NCBI RefSeq assembly: GCF_018977255.1
Contig: NW_024704742.1
Coordinates: 15,688,001 to 15,752,000, forward strand
Source of the DNA: Callorhinchus milii
Lineage: Eukaryota
DNA length: 64,000 nt
Direction of reading: 5' to 3'
The position numbers and the translations under genes are program-made. The notes under the pieces are model-generated. The model ran no database searches. It was not told where the DNA came from and saw nothing but the letters and a program-made list of their open reading frames with translations. Shown here in pieces: positions 1 to 12,028 of this stretch (the stretch's first letter is position 1; each line of letters begins with the position of its first letter).

Positions 1-228
1 GGCGGCTCCTCCTGGACTTGCTGCCGACTCTGTGCCGCCGAGGGTCTGGCCCCGAGCTGGAGCGGGAGCTGGAGACGGTCCTGACCGGCCTCCGAGGCCC
101 TGGCGAGGAGGAGGCGGCGGCGGCGGCGGGTCAGGTCAGCGCCATCCTCAGGACGGTGATGGCTAAAGGGCGAGGGTCCGGGGCCGGGGCCGGGCCGGGC
201 AGCGCAGCCCGAGAGGTCGTGCTCAGAG
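1..228 (+). CDS. TRMT44: TRMT44 exon 1 (3' part; GC/CpG-rich)
   Basis: Open frame ...AILRTVMAKG...AREVVLR, then G|GTGGGT donor at 229; phase 1 matches exon 2 (G+AT = Asp). Confidence 0.8.
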
Positions 229-312
229 GTGGGTTGTGAGCAGATCACACCGAGTCATCTCAGTCATTCAAGAGCCCCGGTCCCGGCCCCGCTCCACCCG
301 CTCTTTACAGTA

Positions 313-634
313 TAATAATAATAATAATAATCCTCGCATTTGATATAGCGCTTTTCACGTCGGGAGGACGTCCCAAAGCGCTTCACAGAACACACTGTAA
401 AGTAAATTGACTGTATATTTGTGGGCAAACGCGGCAGCCAATTGCGCACAGCAATGTCCCACAAACAGTCGTGGATTGAAAATGACCAATTTATTATTGT
501 TTTGTTTTGGAGGATTATTATTAGGCTCTGTGTGGAGTAAGGAAACTTGCCCAAGGTCTCGCCCTCTGCCTGGAATTGAACTCAGGTCTCTCACTTGCAA
601 AGCGAGTGCTCTAACCACTGAGCTACAGGACTCC
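313..634 (-). mobile_element. tRNA-Ala-derived SINE, young subtype (CTCCC loop), full length
   Basis: Minus strand reads GGAGTCCTGTAGCTCAGTGGTTAGAGC (A box), TTTGCAA anticodon loop, GTTCAATTCC (B box), L2-like tail GGGACGTCCTCCCGACGTGAAAAGCGC and (ATT)n; near-identical copies elsewhere in the window. Confidence 0.9.
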
Positions 635-639
635 ACAAA

Positions 640-724
640 TATTCTGTGAAGCGCTTTGAGACGTCTCGAAGACGTGCTAAGGCGCTATAATCAAATGCAA
701 GGGTTATTATTATTATTATTATTA
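640..724 (+). mobile_element. 3' tail of an older SINE, split by the 313-634 insertion (left piece 303-312)
   Basis: CTTTACAGTA(T) left of the insertion and TATTCTGTGAAGCGC right of it rebuild the family sequence CTTTACAGTATATTCTGTGAAGC. Confidence 0.75.
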
Positions 725-763
725 CTCTCACGCCCACATGCAGATGGATCCCTTGGCTTCTGG

Positions 764-1150
764 CTTCCACCTCTCTGACCTGCTCACAACCCACACCACA
801 CCCAACGGCATCTTCAGTCAGTTGGGCTCCCAGAGGCAGTGGGGGACACACAGGCAGTGTGGAGGATGACAGGGAGCGCGGGAGGCACCGAGGAGCCTGG
901 GGAGTGACGTCCCTTCGTCCCCTCCGCTCCGCTATCGGCGGCCGTGCTCTCAGCCACACTGCCCTGAATTTCTCTGTTTTGCTGCCTGTCTTCAAATCAT
1001 GTTGAAGACTTTTGTCTTGGACCATGCCTTCGGTCAACCCCCCCCCCCCCCCCGATCCTTTTTTTTGCAGCTTGGTGTGAAACCTCAATGCTGTTAAATG
1101 CTCAGAGGCACAACCTGGTGTGAAATGTGCTATATAATTGCATATTGTTG
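764..1150 (+). mobile_element. Degenerate L2 3' fragment
   Basis: CCTCTCTGACCTGCTCAC, ATCGGCGGCCGTGCTCTCAGCC and tail GTGAAATGTGCTATATAATTGC...TTGTTG match other L2 3' ends. Confidence 0.65.
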
Positions 1151-1224
1151 TATACCAGAGGAACGTCTCAAATGACTTCACCTGACTGACTTCTTTTTGC
1201 AGGTCAGGGGAGCGTTTCAATCTC

Positions 1225-1635
1225 GATCAGTCGCTAGCACTCCCACCTCGGAGTCAGAAGATTGTGAGTTCAAGCACCATGTTGGCACTTTGAGCTCACA
1301 GTTTAAGCTGACACCAGTGCTGGAATTGTGCTGCATTGTTTGATTGATGCCCTTCAGATGAGATGTTAAATTTAAGTACCTTTCCCGATTCAGGTGGACA
1401 TTAAAGACACCATGGCACTACTTGAAAAGAGAAGGGATTTTCTCCCGGTCTTCTGACCAACAATCCACATACAAATTCGGTTATTTATATCTTGGCTCTT
1501 TGTGGGTCATTGCCGTGTGCAAATTGAATGCTGTGTTTATCTACAAAATACAGTCAAAGCACTTACAGTGAATCCTGTGAAGCACTTCTGAGACATCCTC
1601 CTGACTTGAAGCTTTATATCAAATGCAATTTAATT
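1225..1635 (+). mobile_element. Old Deu-domain SINE (SacSINE1/AmnSINE-like)
   Basis: tRNA-like head TAGCACTCCCACCTCGGAGTCAGAAG, Deu core CAGATGAGATGTTAAA...TTCAGGTGGACATTAAAGACACCATGGCACTA, L2-type tail. Confidence 0.75.
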
Positions 1636-2495
1636 TATTTCAATTCAAAAGGAAAATCTCAAGGTGATCATGGTCAGAAAGGTTTTTTTGAAGGTGGGGA
1701 GGGAGGGCGTAAGGCAAAGAGATTCTGGGGATGAATCATAAATTGAGTAGTACACCTAACATGACAGAACAGTCAATATAGAAACACATTTTGAAATTTG
1801 ATCATATTTATACAGTATGTATAAGTGTAGATTTTTAAATAAAACTTCTAGCCTATAGAAGTTTTTTTTTAAAAAATGCAATTCTTGGTAATCCTGGAAC
1901 CTCTAAACTTTTTAAAAAATTACTATGAAATTAAACATCACCCACAAAATATAGTCAATTCACTTTACAGTATATTCTGCAAAGAGCTTTGAAACGTCTC
2001 ATAGACGTGATAAGGGCCTATATCAAATGCCAGGATTATTTATTATTATTAAACATCTTATGAAATTGGAGTGATCCAGCAGAAAATGTCAAACACTGGA
2101 CAATTCTGGGAAATTAAACTTTTCAGTTGATTTCCAGGTAATGCACAGCACAGTTGGTTTGTTACTTTTTTTTCCTGCCAGGTGGACATAAACCTAGAAA
2201 AAAGGCAGCATTTTGAGTTCAGTAGGATTACGTTGTTTATTGCAAAAATTATTTGTGTTGTGCCTCCATGTCCATTGTGAACCATGCTATGATTGGCCAA
2301 ACACATTTCACACGCAACTCGTACTAGTATTCAGTGTTAAATCACAATAATACATAGGAAGTTTATGCACATGTGCCACCTAGTCAGTCCATTTAAATTT
2401 CTGTAGATTAGGGACTACTTGAATTATGATTGCTGCTCCTGATTTCAATCTTAAATAACTTTAAAATAATAATACTGCTCCTATGTCGTTTGCAG

Positions 2496-2619
2496 ATTTT
2501 GCAAACAACACTGCCACATTTATACCAGTTGATGAGCATGATGAAGAAAGTTGTGCGTTCAAGAAAAGCAACGTTTACAGATTTAAACTTTGCTGTGTTG
2601 AAGAAGATGAAGCATTATG
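2496..2619 (+). CDS. TRMT44: TRMT44 exon 2
   Basis: TTTGCAG acceptor, (D)FANNTATFIPVDEHDEESCAFKKSNVYRFKLCCVEEDEAL(W), GTGAGT donor. Confidence 0.88.
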
Positions 2620-2779
2620 GTGAGTCGTCAGCCAGGTAGAACTTCATGTGTTGTATGAATATGGTTGCCTGGATTTGATTAAAAATGAGTAAAAATTGAT
2701 ATTAGTTATTTTTTGCTATTAAAACTCAGCTGGAAGCTTAGAAAAGATATGCAGTGGGGTCAAAACTGTTTTACAAATA

Positions 2780-2850
2780 CAGTAGATAAGCCTGTTATAA
2801 TATGGTAGTTGGGGTCCATATGAATCCTAACCAGCGTTATAACAGAGCAC
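2780..2850 (+). mobile_element. Tigger/pogo-like MITE terminal fragment
   Basis: TA|CAGTAGATAAGCCTGTTATAA...TTGGGGTCCA...GCGTTATAACAGAG resembles Tigger-type ends and the element at 10138. Confidence 0.4.
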
Positions 2851-3504
2851 AATTGTCTGTCAGCACCTCTTTCGCTATGTATACGTGCCAAAAGGGGGCT
2901 GGCATGTTCAGGAAATGACGTTATGGTGACCTCATGGGCCGGAGGTTACGTGGAGCATGAGAAGCCAGCCAGCATTTAGCAATCAGCCATGTGGCTACGT
3001 GTGCGCATTTGGTATTTTTGGGGTCAGTCTAAACTCCAATTGTACTATAAACAAAACTGCTTTTACAAAGTACATGAAAATAGAGTTCCAATGGTCTATT
3101 ATCCGCTAAAATAAAAAAGATTTCTACCAGCCCTAGGTATGAAGAAGCATAAAAAAAATTTAGTGGCCAGAAATTGAAATTAGTGTTAACATTGAAGCCC
3201 ATTAACAAGCAGTTGTAAAATGCCATTAGCAAAGAGCTGGGAAAAGCATATCTGTATGATTGATGTAAGATTTGCAAAGTGAGGAAATAATTTTTGAAAC
3301 AAACTAAAAGAATAAAGCTGACGGTAGATCTTCTAGTCATCTGTAATTTTGTCTGTAATCTGCAATTCTAATGAGTCTGTATTGTTGAAGATGATTTGAT
3401 CATTTCGTATTCAGAACCATGTATTTTAGAATAAGATGGATCCCCATTAATCTGGAGATTGATTTTTCTGAGCTTTAACTTTTTTTAAAAACTATGTCTT
3501 AAAG

Positions 3505-3724
3505 GTCTGTTTCAATTTCTATATTGTGCCCTGAACAATGGGAATCAGATGGGATTTTGTACCCCAAAACAGCATGGCTCACAGATGTATTACTTTCAAA
3601 AATTGTGAAATGGTCCACGGAGAACAAAAAGAGCATTTATAAGAGCACTCTCTCTCTAATTTCTCTGGAAAAATATAGCGAACGTTATCACCAACTGAAA
3701 GAGAAATACAAAGAAATGGTCAAG
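3505..3724 (+). CDS. TRMT44: TRMT44 exon 3
   Basis: TTAAAG acceptor, (W)SVSISILCPEQWESDGILYPKTAWL...LKEKYKEMVK, GTACAA donor. Confidence 0.92.
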
Positions 3725-4548
3725 GTACAATTCTGAGAATCATAATCAGTTTTATTTTTACTGAACTTTTTGTCATTATCATTCAAATGTCTCTATAGTG
3801 TTGCTCCACCCACCCTCCTACTGTACTACCCTTCTGCTACAGCAATTCCCACCATTCAGCAAACACCAGTCTGCTTCATGTCCCCTCCCCCCATCATCAA
3901 TAGATGAACTTTCAGCCTCTACCTCAGTCTCTGGAACTCCATCCTGGAGTTCCCATACCTTGTGCCTTGTATCTCTGTCTTCAACCTGTGCCTTAAAACC
4001 CAGTGCTTCAATTGTGTTTTTGTGTATGTTTTCCCTTCCCCTTGTCAACTCCACTCTCCCTCCTCCCCACCTAAAACCCAGCTTAGGCTTTCAGTCAGTT
4101 TTGTGAAGCACTTTCATACATCCTTTACACATGAAAGGTGCTGTATAAATGTAACTGGTTGTCTTGTACCACACAATATTCACTGAGTTAGCAAATTCTG
4201 CTCCTGGGCCCCTCCACTCTTTAATTGGCTGTCAGGATGTTGAGTGAGAACTGCGTTTGGGGGCATGAATTTATTTCTAAATTTCTGATTCCTCCTGTGA
4301 GTTCAGCCAAGATCATGAACTTTCCCACGTGGGGAACTGGGTGTGAGTTTACATTCCAGCTCTTTAGTAGAAAATTAATCATCTTAAGAGTCTAGGGGAG
4401 TAGAATGTCTGTTAATTTGCTAATACAATAATTGTAATTTGCCTTCCTCTCTTCCTGCCACCCTCCTACCAATGTTTGAAAAATCTTACAGAGAATGCAG
4501 ATCAATGTGTTATTGTACAACTAAGTGACACATAGCTAAGTACTGTAT

Positions 4549-4905
4549 ACTTAAACCCTGGCTAGCTGGACTGATAGAGGGGAGATCCAATCCGGCAAAC
4601 TGGAATTCCGGCTAAGTGTTATTACAATGAGGTACCGGCATTTAGTGGCTTTTTTTTTAAATGTTGGTAATTGCCAGTAGTAGCATTGTAATTGTTTTAA
4701 TCCTGTGAGCAAAAGGTAGCGAATAAGGTATCGAGATTCAAACAATCTTGAGTCAAAGTCGATGTCTCTGGGCACTGTGAAGGCCAGCCAGGTTCAGTAG
4801 GAGAATTAGGAGTTGGGAGTCCGCAAGCTGTGGATTTTTAAAAAACAATTTAGTTTTGGGCCCAGTCTAGCTCGGTTTGAATTCTGAATACCCAGGATCT
4901 TCTGT
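4549..4905 (+). mobile_element. Degenerate Tigger-like non-autonomous DNA element, same family as 34305-34673
   Basis: Shares TTCCGGCTAAGTGTWATTACAA, an internal inverted repeat and CGAATAAG.TATC with the 34305 copy. Confidence 0.5.
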
Positions 4906-5476
4906 TTGTTGTCATGACCTACATCATACAGATGCTATTTAAGATACCTTACTGAAGCCAAGATTTTAACACTGTGATTTGCTATTAAATGCATTATTGT
5001 TCATGTGCAACAAGAACAACTTGAATTTATGTAGCACCCTTCATGCGGGATAGTGTCTCGGAACACATATAACAAATGTTCAAGTTTTACTCCTCTTGAA
5101 ATGTTTAAAACATGTCTAATAGAATCTAATCTTGCATATTTAACAATTTTGGGTTAGGTTGAATTCAGTTATTGTGAGAATTTTGTTTAAAGAACTTGAA
5201 TGTAAAGTGTGTCAAAAATACTATAATATTTTGAAAATTTCCAAGACATGGGTGTGAATATGGTGCAAGCCAATCTTCTATTCTCATCTTTACATAGAAT
5301 GTTTCACCAAGGAAACAAGCCATTTTGCCCAACATGTCCATGTGTATTTATACTCCACACCAGCCTCCCACCTCTAAACCCCTCTCCCATAACCATGTTT
5401 TCCCTTCTCTCATTTATGTGTCTGTTTCCACTTTAGATTAATTTAATATCTGTCATTGCCATTTCATTTTCAACAG

Positions 5477-5545
5477 GTTTGGCCAGAAGTTACGGATCCT
5501 GAAAAGTTTGTTTATGAGGATGTCGCCATTGCAACATACTTATTG
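5477..5545 (+). CDS. TRMT44: TRMT44 exon 4
   Basis: CAACAG acceptor, VWPEVTDPEKFVYEDVAIATYLL, GTAGTT donor. Confidence 0.95.
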
Positions 5546-6531
5546 GTAGTTATTTATTTGCAATCTATTTATGATGGTAAAAAGAAAAAAAAAGCTGCAA
5601 AGCTTCCCTGATCTAACAAACTAAACCATAATAGTATTGTATGCAAGAGAGCTCATCAGGTATTTTCAACATTTTGGTAGACTTCATGTTAATATCATTC
5701 ATAACGTTTAGTATTCATGAGGCAATTTTCTCTGTGGGAGAAAATTGCATATCCTTTTTTAAGAATATAAGAAAGCACTTAAGCAGTTAAGAGTTAAGCC
5801 CCAAGGGATGTTGATAACCATATGTTAAACTACCAGGATAATAAAGCTCTTGTGAAAGTTTCTTCATTTCTAAAGCAGCAACCTCACTAAGTAGGAAACT
5901 AAGATGCTAGCTTACAACTTTGTCACTGTGCATAGCACCATCATATTCAGAAATCAGGAGGGAATTCAAAATACAATTTACCCTCGGTCCTTAATTAAGG
6001 ATCAAAATGTAATACTGCAATTTTGGGCTCAATTGCAGTTCATGACTAATTTTCACATGTATATTTTAACTTTTGTGTTGTGAATAGTGATTTTCATGAT
6101 CATGAAAATGGACATTTTAATAGATGTAACATTAACTTTAATAGATGTATCATAACATTAATATATACTATATATACACAGGCATAAATGAAGCTCCTGA
6201 AATATTTTCTAAAATCTAGGTATTTTAGAATTGTACTTGTGTTTTCTTCAGGGTGGTGGGTGGAGAGGAAGAGATGTTTAAAAAAAAGTTTGTCAGTAGA
6301 TTAGATTTGTTGATGGAGCATTGTGTGTGGACTATGGAAGAAACTGATTCAATAGGCCAAATAGCCATGGCATATTTCATGCATTGTGTGATCTGTATAA
6401 AACAGCATTAGGAGGTTTTTATGTTATAAATGTTATATTAATACTCTTTAATTTTCCTCATAAAAGTGAAATAACTTTTTTTTACCATGACACATGAAGC
6501 CTTATCTATATTTTGTCTAAATGTCTTGCAG

Positions 6532-6639
6532 GTTCTCTGGGAAGATGAACGTGCAGAGAAAGACTTGGCTGTTAAACAGTCCTTTATAGATTTGGGATGT
6601 GGAAATGGATTGCTTGTTCACATCCTGAGCAATGAAGGG
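6532..6639 (+). CDS. TRMT44: TRMT44 exon 5 (SAM-binding motif I)
   Basis: TTGCAG acceptor, VLWEDERAEKDLAVKQSFIDLGCGNGLLVHILSNEG, GTGAGC donor. Confidence 0.96.
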
Positions 6640-7329
6640 GTGAGCTGACAGAAACTTAGATCTTGCTGAAATAATGTAGTACAGCAGCATTACTGATGTT
6701 GTGATGGAATTCCTAATTCACTGTAGGATTTCTGAGCAGAGAGCATTGATTGCATATGATTTCAGAAAGATGTGACACTTCAGCACCAGATCTAGTTTTC
6801 ATTGAGGTAAATCTGATAAATGTAATATTTGAGCCATGATTTATTTTCCTTTCTCCAACCTACCCCTTACTATGTTTTACATGGTTCATTTACATGCCTA
6901 GCTCCACATTCTGCTGGGCATAAATGTTAGTGTTTCATATCTGAGCTAGAAGAAGCGGTGCTTTGTTAATACAAAGCGTGGGTTTTAAAAAGTCTATATG
7001 TTATAAGGGGAAAGAGAGACTGAGGGAAATGAAGAGTTACTTGGTTTTGAAATCAAAGTGTGAATCACTCAGGTCTCTATCACTTGTATCTCCTTAATGA
7101 CAGGTTATAAAGTGGCAGAGGGCAGAAGCATAACAGTGAAGAATGATATGTTTTTTTATAAAATCTTAAATATTTGATAGCCTTATCCAGTTGCATCTCA
7201 AAGCAATATATAGTTTTCTGTAGAGATTGTGCATTGGTTGTGACTACAGAGCCAATTTGCATACAACAATGTCCCCAAAACAGCCATGACGAATGATGAA
7301 TTTTACATAGGGGATTTTTGGCCATGAAA

Positions 7330-7482
7330 CAGGAAAAAGTTCCCTGAGGTCAGGTAGGACCAGTTTGACATCTCATCCAAAGCCCAGCACCTCTGACAAT
7401 ATAGTGCTTCCCCAGTACTGCAATGGAATGTTAGCCTAGGCTTAACCCACAATCAGACAAGAGTGCTGCCAACTGAGTCAGG
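7330..7482 (-). mobile_element. Old Deu-domain SINE 5' fragment
   Basis: Reverse complement reads CTCAGTTGGCAGCACTCTTGTCTGA...CAGTACTGGGGAAGCACTATATTGTCAGAGGTGC...GGATGAGATGTCAAAC. Confidence 0.6.
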
Positions 7483-7601
7483 CTAACACTTTATACAGTG
7501 CAGTCCTTTATATCACGTCTTCTAGACGTCTCAAAGAGCTTCACAGAATATACTGTAAAATGAATTGGCTATATGTTTTGTGGGCGAAATTAACAGAACA
7601 A

Positions 7602-8049
7602 TGGCTCCCCATCCCCCAGAGGATCGAATTCAAGATCCTCACCCTCATCTACAAGGCCATTCAAGGCCTTGCACCCTCCTACCTCTCCGACCTACTATCC
7701 CCCTACGTACCTGCCCGTACCCTCCGTTCCTCTGGCTCCAGTCTGCTCCACATCCCCCGCCCTAACCGCCCTACCATCGGTGGCCGGACTTTCAGCCTCT
7801 CAGCCCCAAGGCTCTGGAACTCCATCCCCAGTGCCTTTGCCTTGCTTCCTTTCCTCCTTTAAGACCGTTCTCTTCAACCGTGCCTTCAGCTCCCCTCTCG
7901 ACTCTCTACTCCCTCCTCGCTCCCTCCCTTCCCTCCCCTCACCCTGACCATTTCCCCCGTGCTCGGGTCCCGACCCAACTGTCCAGCGCCTTGGGACGTC
8001 CTCCCGACGTGAAAAGCGCTCTATAAATGCAATCTTGTTGTTTTTGTTG
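7602..8049 (+). mobile_element. L2 LINE, 5'-truncated 3' end
   Basis: Encodes L2 ORF2 C-terminus WLPIPQRIEFKILTLIYKA...GGRTFSLSAPRLWNSIP; tail GGGACGTCCTCCCGACGTG...(TTG)n. Confidence 0.9.
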
Positions 8050-8109
8050 CCATCTCTTGCCTAATAGTTGTGACTTGCTTTAAAAAGTTACTGCTTTGGA
8101 AATATTTTA

Positions 8110-8248
8110 CGACTGTTTGTGGGACACTGCCGCGTTTCGCCACAAATATACGGTCAATTCACTTTGCAGCATATTCTGTGAAGCACTTTGAGACTCTAGA
8201 AGACGTGAAAAGCGCTATATCAAATGCAAGGATTATTATTTTATTATT
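8110..8248 (+). mobile_element. SINE 3' fragment
   Basis: GACTGTTTGTGGGACACTG...GTGAAAAGCGCTATATCAAATGCAAGGATTATT. Confidence 0.8.
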
Positions 8249-8301
8249 TTACTTGATTTTACATTCATCTTATCAGTGAGTTACTTTTTCTTACCTTCCA
8301 G

Positions 8302-8373
8302 TACCTTGGTAGAGGTATAGATGTGAGGAAGCGCAAAATTTGGAATATGTATGGTCCACAGACACATTTAGAG
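8302..8373 (+). CDS. TRMT44: TRMT44 exon 6
   Basis: TTCCAG acceptor, YLGRGIDVRKRKIWNMYGPQTHLE, GTAAGT donor. Confidence 0.95.
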
Positions 8374-9317
8374 GTAAGTAACAGAGATGTGATTCAGTGC
8401 CCAACTATTTTATATCATGCTAATATATAACCCTATAGGTACACTAGGTTCAAAGTTTTACATGATTTTTTACTTGCTATTTCAATGGTTTATTTTTTCT
8501 GCCAATAGGTCATACATATATATACATATAAGCTTTCTGCACCTCAGTAGCATGGTATAAACCAAGTGGATCTGAGGCATGCCATTTGGGTTTCATCCTA
8601 GCAGGACAAATGGAATGAAATTTTGTCTAATGGTTAAGAACACTTGCATTTCATATGCTATATGCTATATTTTTGATGGACATAGCTTGCATTATAAAAA
8701 TGCACCAAATCCTTTGTTATGGCTAACAACACACACATGATAATACCCAATTTGAAACAAGTCTGTTGTTCTGTACTTCCAAATTCATAGAAAGCTGAAT
8801 TAAGTCATAAGGATATTTTATGCAAAAATATGAATGGTCGGTCGATTCACAAATGAGTGCTTTTCTGGGATAATGCAGATTCTAAGGAGTAGAGGAGCTT
8901 TATTCTGTAAGTAATTTGTGCTGCAACTGATTTAGTGTTGATACAAGGTGCCAAAGGGATTTTATTTCATATTATCCAGATTAACATTGAATCTTATAAC
9001 GATTTAACAAAAAAGACTGAGTGGGATGATATGATGGAGCATTATCCATTCCATTTGTCTCCATGACATAGGACAGTTGAAGGCCCAGCAAAAAAAATGA
9101 TAGTTCAATTTATTTTTTGTAGTTGCATTTGGAATATCAAAGGAGTACATTTACAAATAGCAATCCTGATAACCCAGGTACATTTTTGGAACATGCAGGA
9201 AAAGGGGGTGGGGAGAGTTAGAAATGATGATTTGATTATGAGATTTGCTTCAAATCAGGCTTGTGAGCGAGTGAATGAATACATAAATAATGAAATTAAG
9301 TGCTGCTGTTTTGCTAG

Positions 9318-9424
9318 GAACATGCCATTACCCCAAGTGATAGCTACCTGTTTCCGGATGTTGACTGGATAATTGGTAACCATTCAGATGAGTTGACACC
9401 ATGGATACCTCTTATTGCAGCAAG
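9318..9424 (+). CDS. TRMT44: TRMT44 exon 7
   Basis: TGCTAG acceptor, EHAITPSDSYLFPDVDWIIGNHSDELTPWIPLIAA(R), GTATGT donor. Confidence 0.95.
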
Positions 9425-9627
9425 GTATGTGGTTATTTTCATCATTTGAATTTTAACTAGATGAAATATTCAGCTATCTACAGCTTGTTTAGCTTTACTG
9501 AATTGAAGGTACTGACCTTCAGGTGAAATGTTAAAAAAAAATTTTGAAAAGAGAAAAGATTTTCTTCCTGATCAATAATTGTCCAAATGAAATTGGTAAT
9601 TCACTTTGTGGTTGTTTTTGGGCCATT

Positions 9628-10056
9628 GCAACTTCCACATGTATGCAGATGACACCCAAATCTACTTCTCCTCCTCCAGCTGCAACTCCCAGTCCGCTGA
9701 TGTCCTGTCAGCTTGCTTGATGGACATCAAGGCCTGGAAAAGCGCAAATTTCCTGCAGCTGAATATCGGCAAGATAGAAGCTATACTGTTTGGCTCCTGT
9801 TTGTCCCTCGTACCCTCCGCTCCACTATCGGTGGCCGTGCCTTCAGCCAATATGCCCTGAAACTCTGGAACTCTCCCTCAATCCCTCCACCTTGCCCCTC
9901 CCTCCCCACCTTCAAATCCCACCTAAAGACCTTCCTTTATGATCATGTATACAGTCACCGTCCCCCTCCCTCTCCCCCTGGCTCATTGTTGGACTCTGCC
10001 ACTGTCAAACGCAAGACGTTATCCCATGTGAAGGGCACTATATAATTGCAAGTTGT
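9628..10056 (+). mobile_element. L2 fragment with internal deletion
   Basis: [11 protein letters not shown]...NFLQLNIGKIEAILFG joined directly to TIGGRAFSQYALKLWNS and the L2 tail. Confidence 0.85.
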
Positions 10057-10137
10057 TCTTCTGATGTTAAAGGTCGTAAAACATAAACTTCATGAGTTGT
10101 TTGACTGCCTGACAATTACAGATAGCTCAGCAGAGTA

Positions 10138-10352
10138 CAGAGCAACCCTGTTATAAAGCCCGATAGGGCTTGTGTCAGCTTGACCCCTGATGGCAGGTTA
10201 TCAGGTCATGCACATGTGTGTTATGTGCAAGTGAGGGCAGCAGTATTTCATGTACATAGCAGGCATGTGTGCAATGTGCAGGAAGTGATGTCAGTGCCAA
10301 CCTGGCGATCTGAAATTTGGCCTTTTTTTTACATTATAACAAAGTTGTCCTA
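10138..10352. mobile_element. Tigger-like MITE (~215 bp)
   Basis: Imperfect TIRs TA|CAGAGCAACCCTGTTATAA ... TTATAACAAAGTTGTCCTA|TA with flanking TA. Confidence 0.6.
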
Positions 10353-10830
10353 TAGTCTTGACTACTTTCACTGATTTGTTTACATATTGAAAGTAAGAAA
10401 GAACTTGCATTTTTGTAATGCTTTACCATGTTGAAATGTAACTTTACTGTAATTACTGCCAAGTATTGTGACTATGTAGACAAATATAGCAGTTATTTTG
10501 CTGTAAGCTTGGCCCCCCAAACCCTGTGAAATGATTTCCTAACTTAATCTGCAAGTTTTTGACCACGACAAAGGAGAAACTCCCTTCTCTTTTTTAAGTG
10601 TGATCAGACCTTTAATGTCCTCCTGAAGAACAGAGGAGTGACAGGAGCTTGATTTTTAATATCTTATCCAGAGGACCTTACCTCTGACAACACAGGGTTC
10701 TGTGTGTTCTGAGCTGGAGCGTTAGTCTGGACTTCGAGTTTAGGTTGTGATATAGAACTTAAACCCCCAGTGTTACTTGAATACAGTGATAAACATTGAA
10801 AAAGGTAATTGTTTGATTTTTGTGCTACAG

Positions 10831-11014
10831 ATCGTCCTATGAGTGCCGCTATTTTGTCCTGCCTTGTTGCTTCTTTGATTTCTATGGAAAGTACTGCCGT
10901 AGGCAAACCAAAAAGACACAGTACAGAGAATACCTTGATTTCATTATTGAAGTGGGTTCTGTTTGTGGCTTTGAAGTGGAAGAAGACTGCCTTCGAATCC
11001 CTTCTACTAAACGG
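10831..11014 (+). CDS. TRMT44: TRMT44 exon 8
   Basis: CTACAG acceptor, (R)SSYECRYFVLPCCFFDFYGKY...EDCLRIPSTKR, GTGAGT donor. Confidence 0.95.
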
Positions 11015-12028
11015 GTGAGTGGAGAGAATTCAGTAACTAAAATTAAACTGAAGGCTCACTTAAGTGACCCGCTGCCCGATTTTTCTATGCCTCAGACCTG
11101 AGAGTTGGACTATTTTATGATTCAAGGGGGAATAATCCTTAATGAAAGAATTAAGATTAAAAAAAGAAAAGTATATTGATTATTCTTACAAAATAATTAA
11201 ATTCTTACAAATAATAATAAACTTTTTTTAGCCATTGCGATGCCTGTTAGAAATGTGAAAAGAAAGATGATTGCTTCTAATTAGTTTCTGTCCTTCCTCA
11301 CTGGTGTTCAAAACTAGACTCTTAGACTACAGGTAGGTTGAGGGATACTCTTGTCGTTCAGCCACACATTTCTCTTAAGCTTTTTTTTCCCATTTTTAAT
11401 TTGTCTCATTTTTTTCTAATTTTCTCTCCTTTAATGTCCATTAACCTCCATTGATGATAAGGTCTTTCTGCTCCTGGTCTGGCCTGTTCTTGCTGGGGTG
11501 TAGTTCCTAGGGACAGGTTTGTCTTCTGTTACCCTGCCCAAGTGACCCATATTCACGTGTGAATTTTAGCAGTGAGTTTGGGTCACTCAACTGTAGAGGG
11601 TGTCACTGTAGCTGAGCCTGACCTGTGCCCACGTGGCTGCTACACGTGCATACAACCAGTGGAGGGTGCTAAAGAGAAACCAGGAGGAGGATCCTTGTAA
11701 ATATTGGATCGCAGAGGATTGTGTTGGGCATCACTTAACCCCAGCAGAAGTGGTTATTTGAATTTAGACACTTTAACAATATACTGTATTTAGGAAAATC
11801 ATCTTTTATTACATAAAAATATTTGAGAAATAGTGTAAGCGCTCAAACTTAAAAAGTAGTAAACTAAAAAATAGTTTAAAGCGCCAAGAGACTCCATCCG
11901 GCGTGAAAGGCACTATATAAATGCAAGTTGTTGTTGTGTATTCCACGATGGATGAGGTGGACCTATATATAAACCATACCTTTGATCAGCACTCTTGAAT
12001 TTCACTCCTTTCTTCCCTGCTCATTAAT

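Noticed and set aside
560..634. tRNA-Ala(TGC) gene, and the same at 34995-35066, 40615-40686 and 59268-59339
   Set aside because: No proper acceptor stem or T terminator; each continues into a repeated SINE body and tail
264..649. Recurrent ORFs MGKFPYST..., MESCSSVV..., MTVYLWAN... as a protein family
   Set aside because: They are incidental translations of SINE copies
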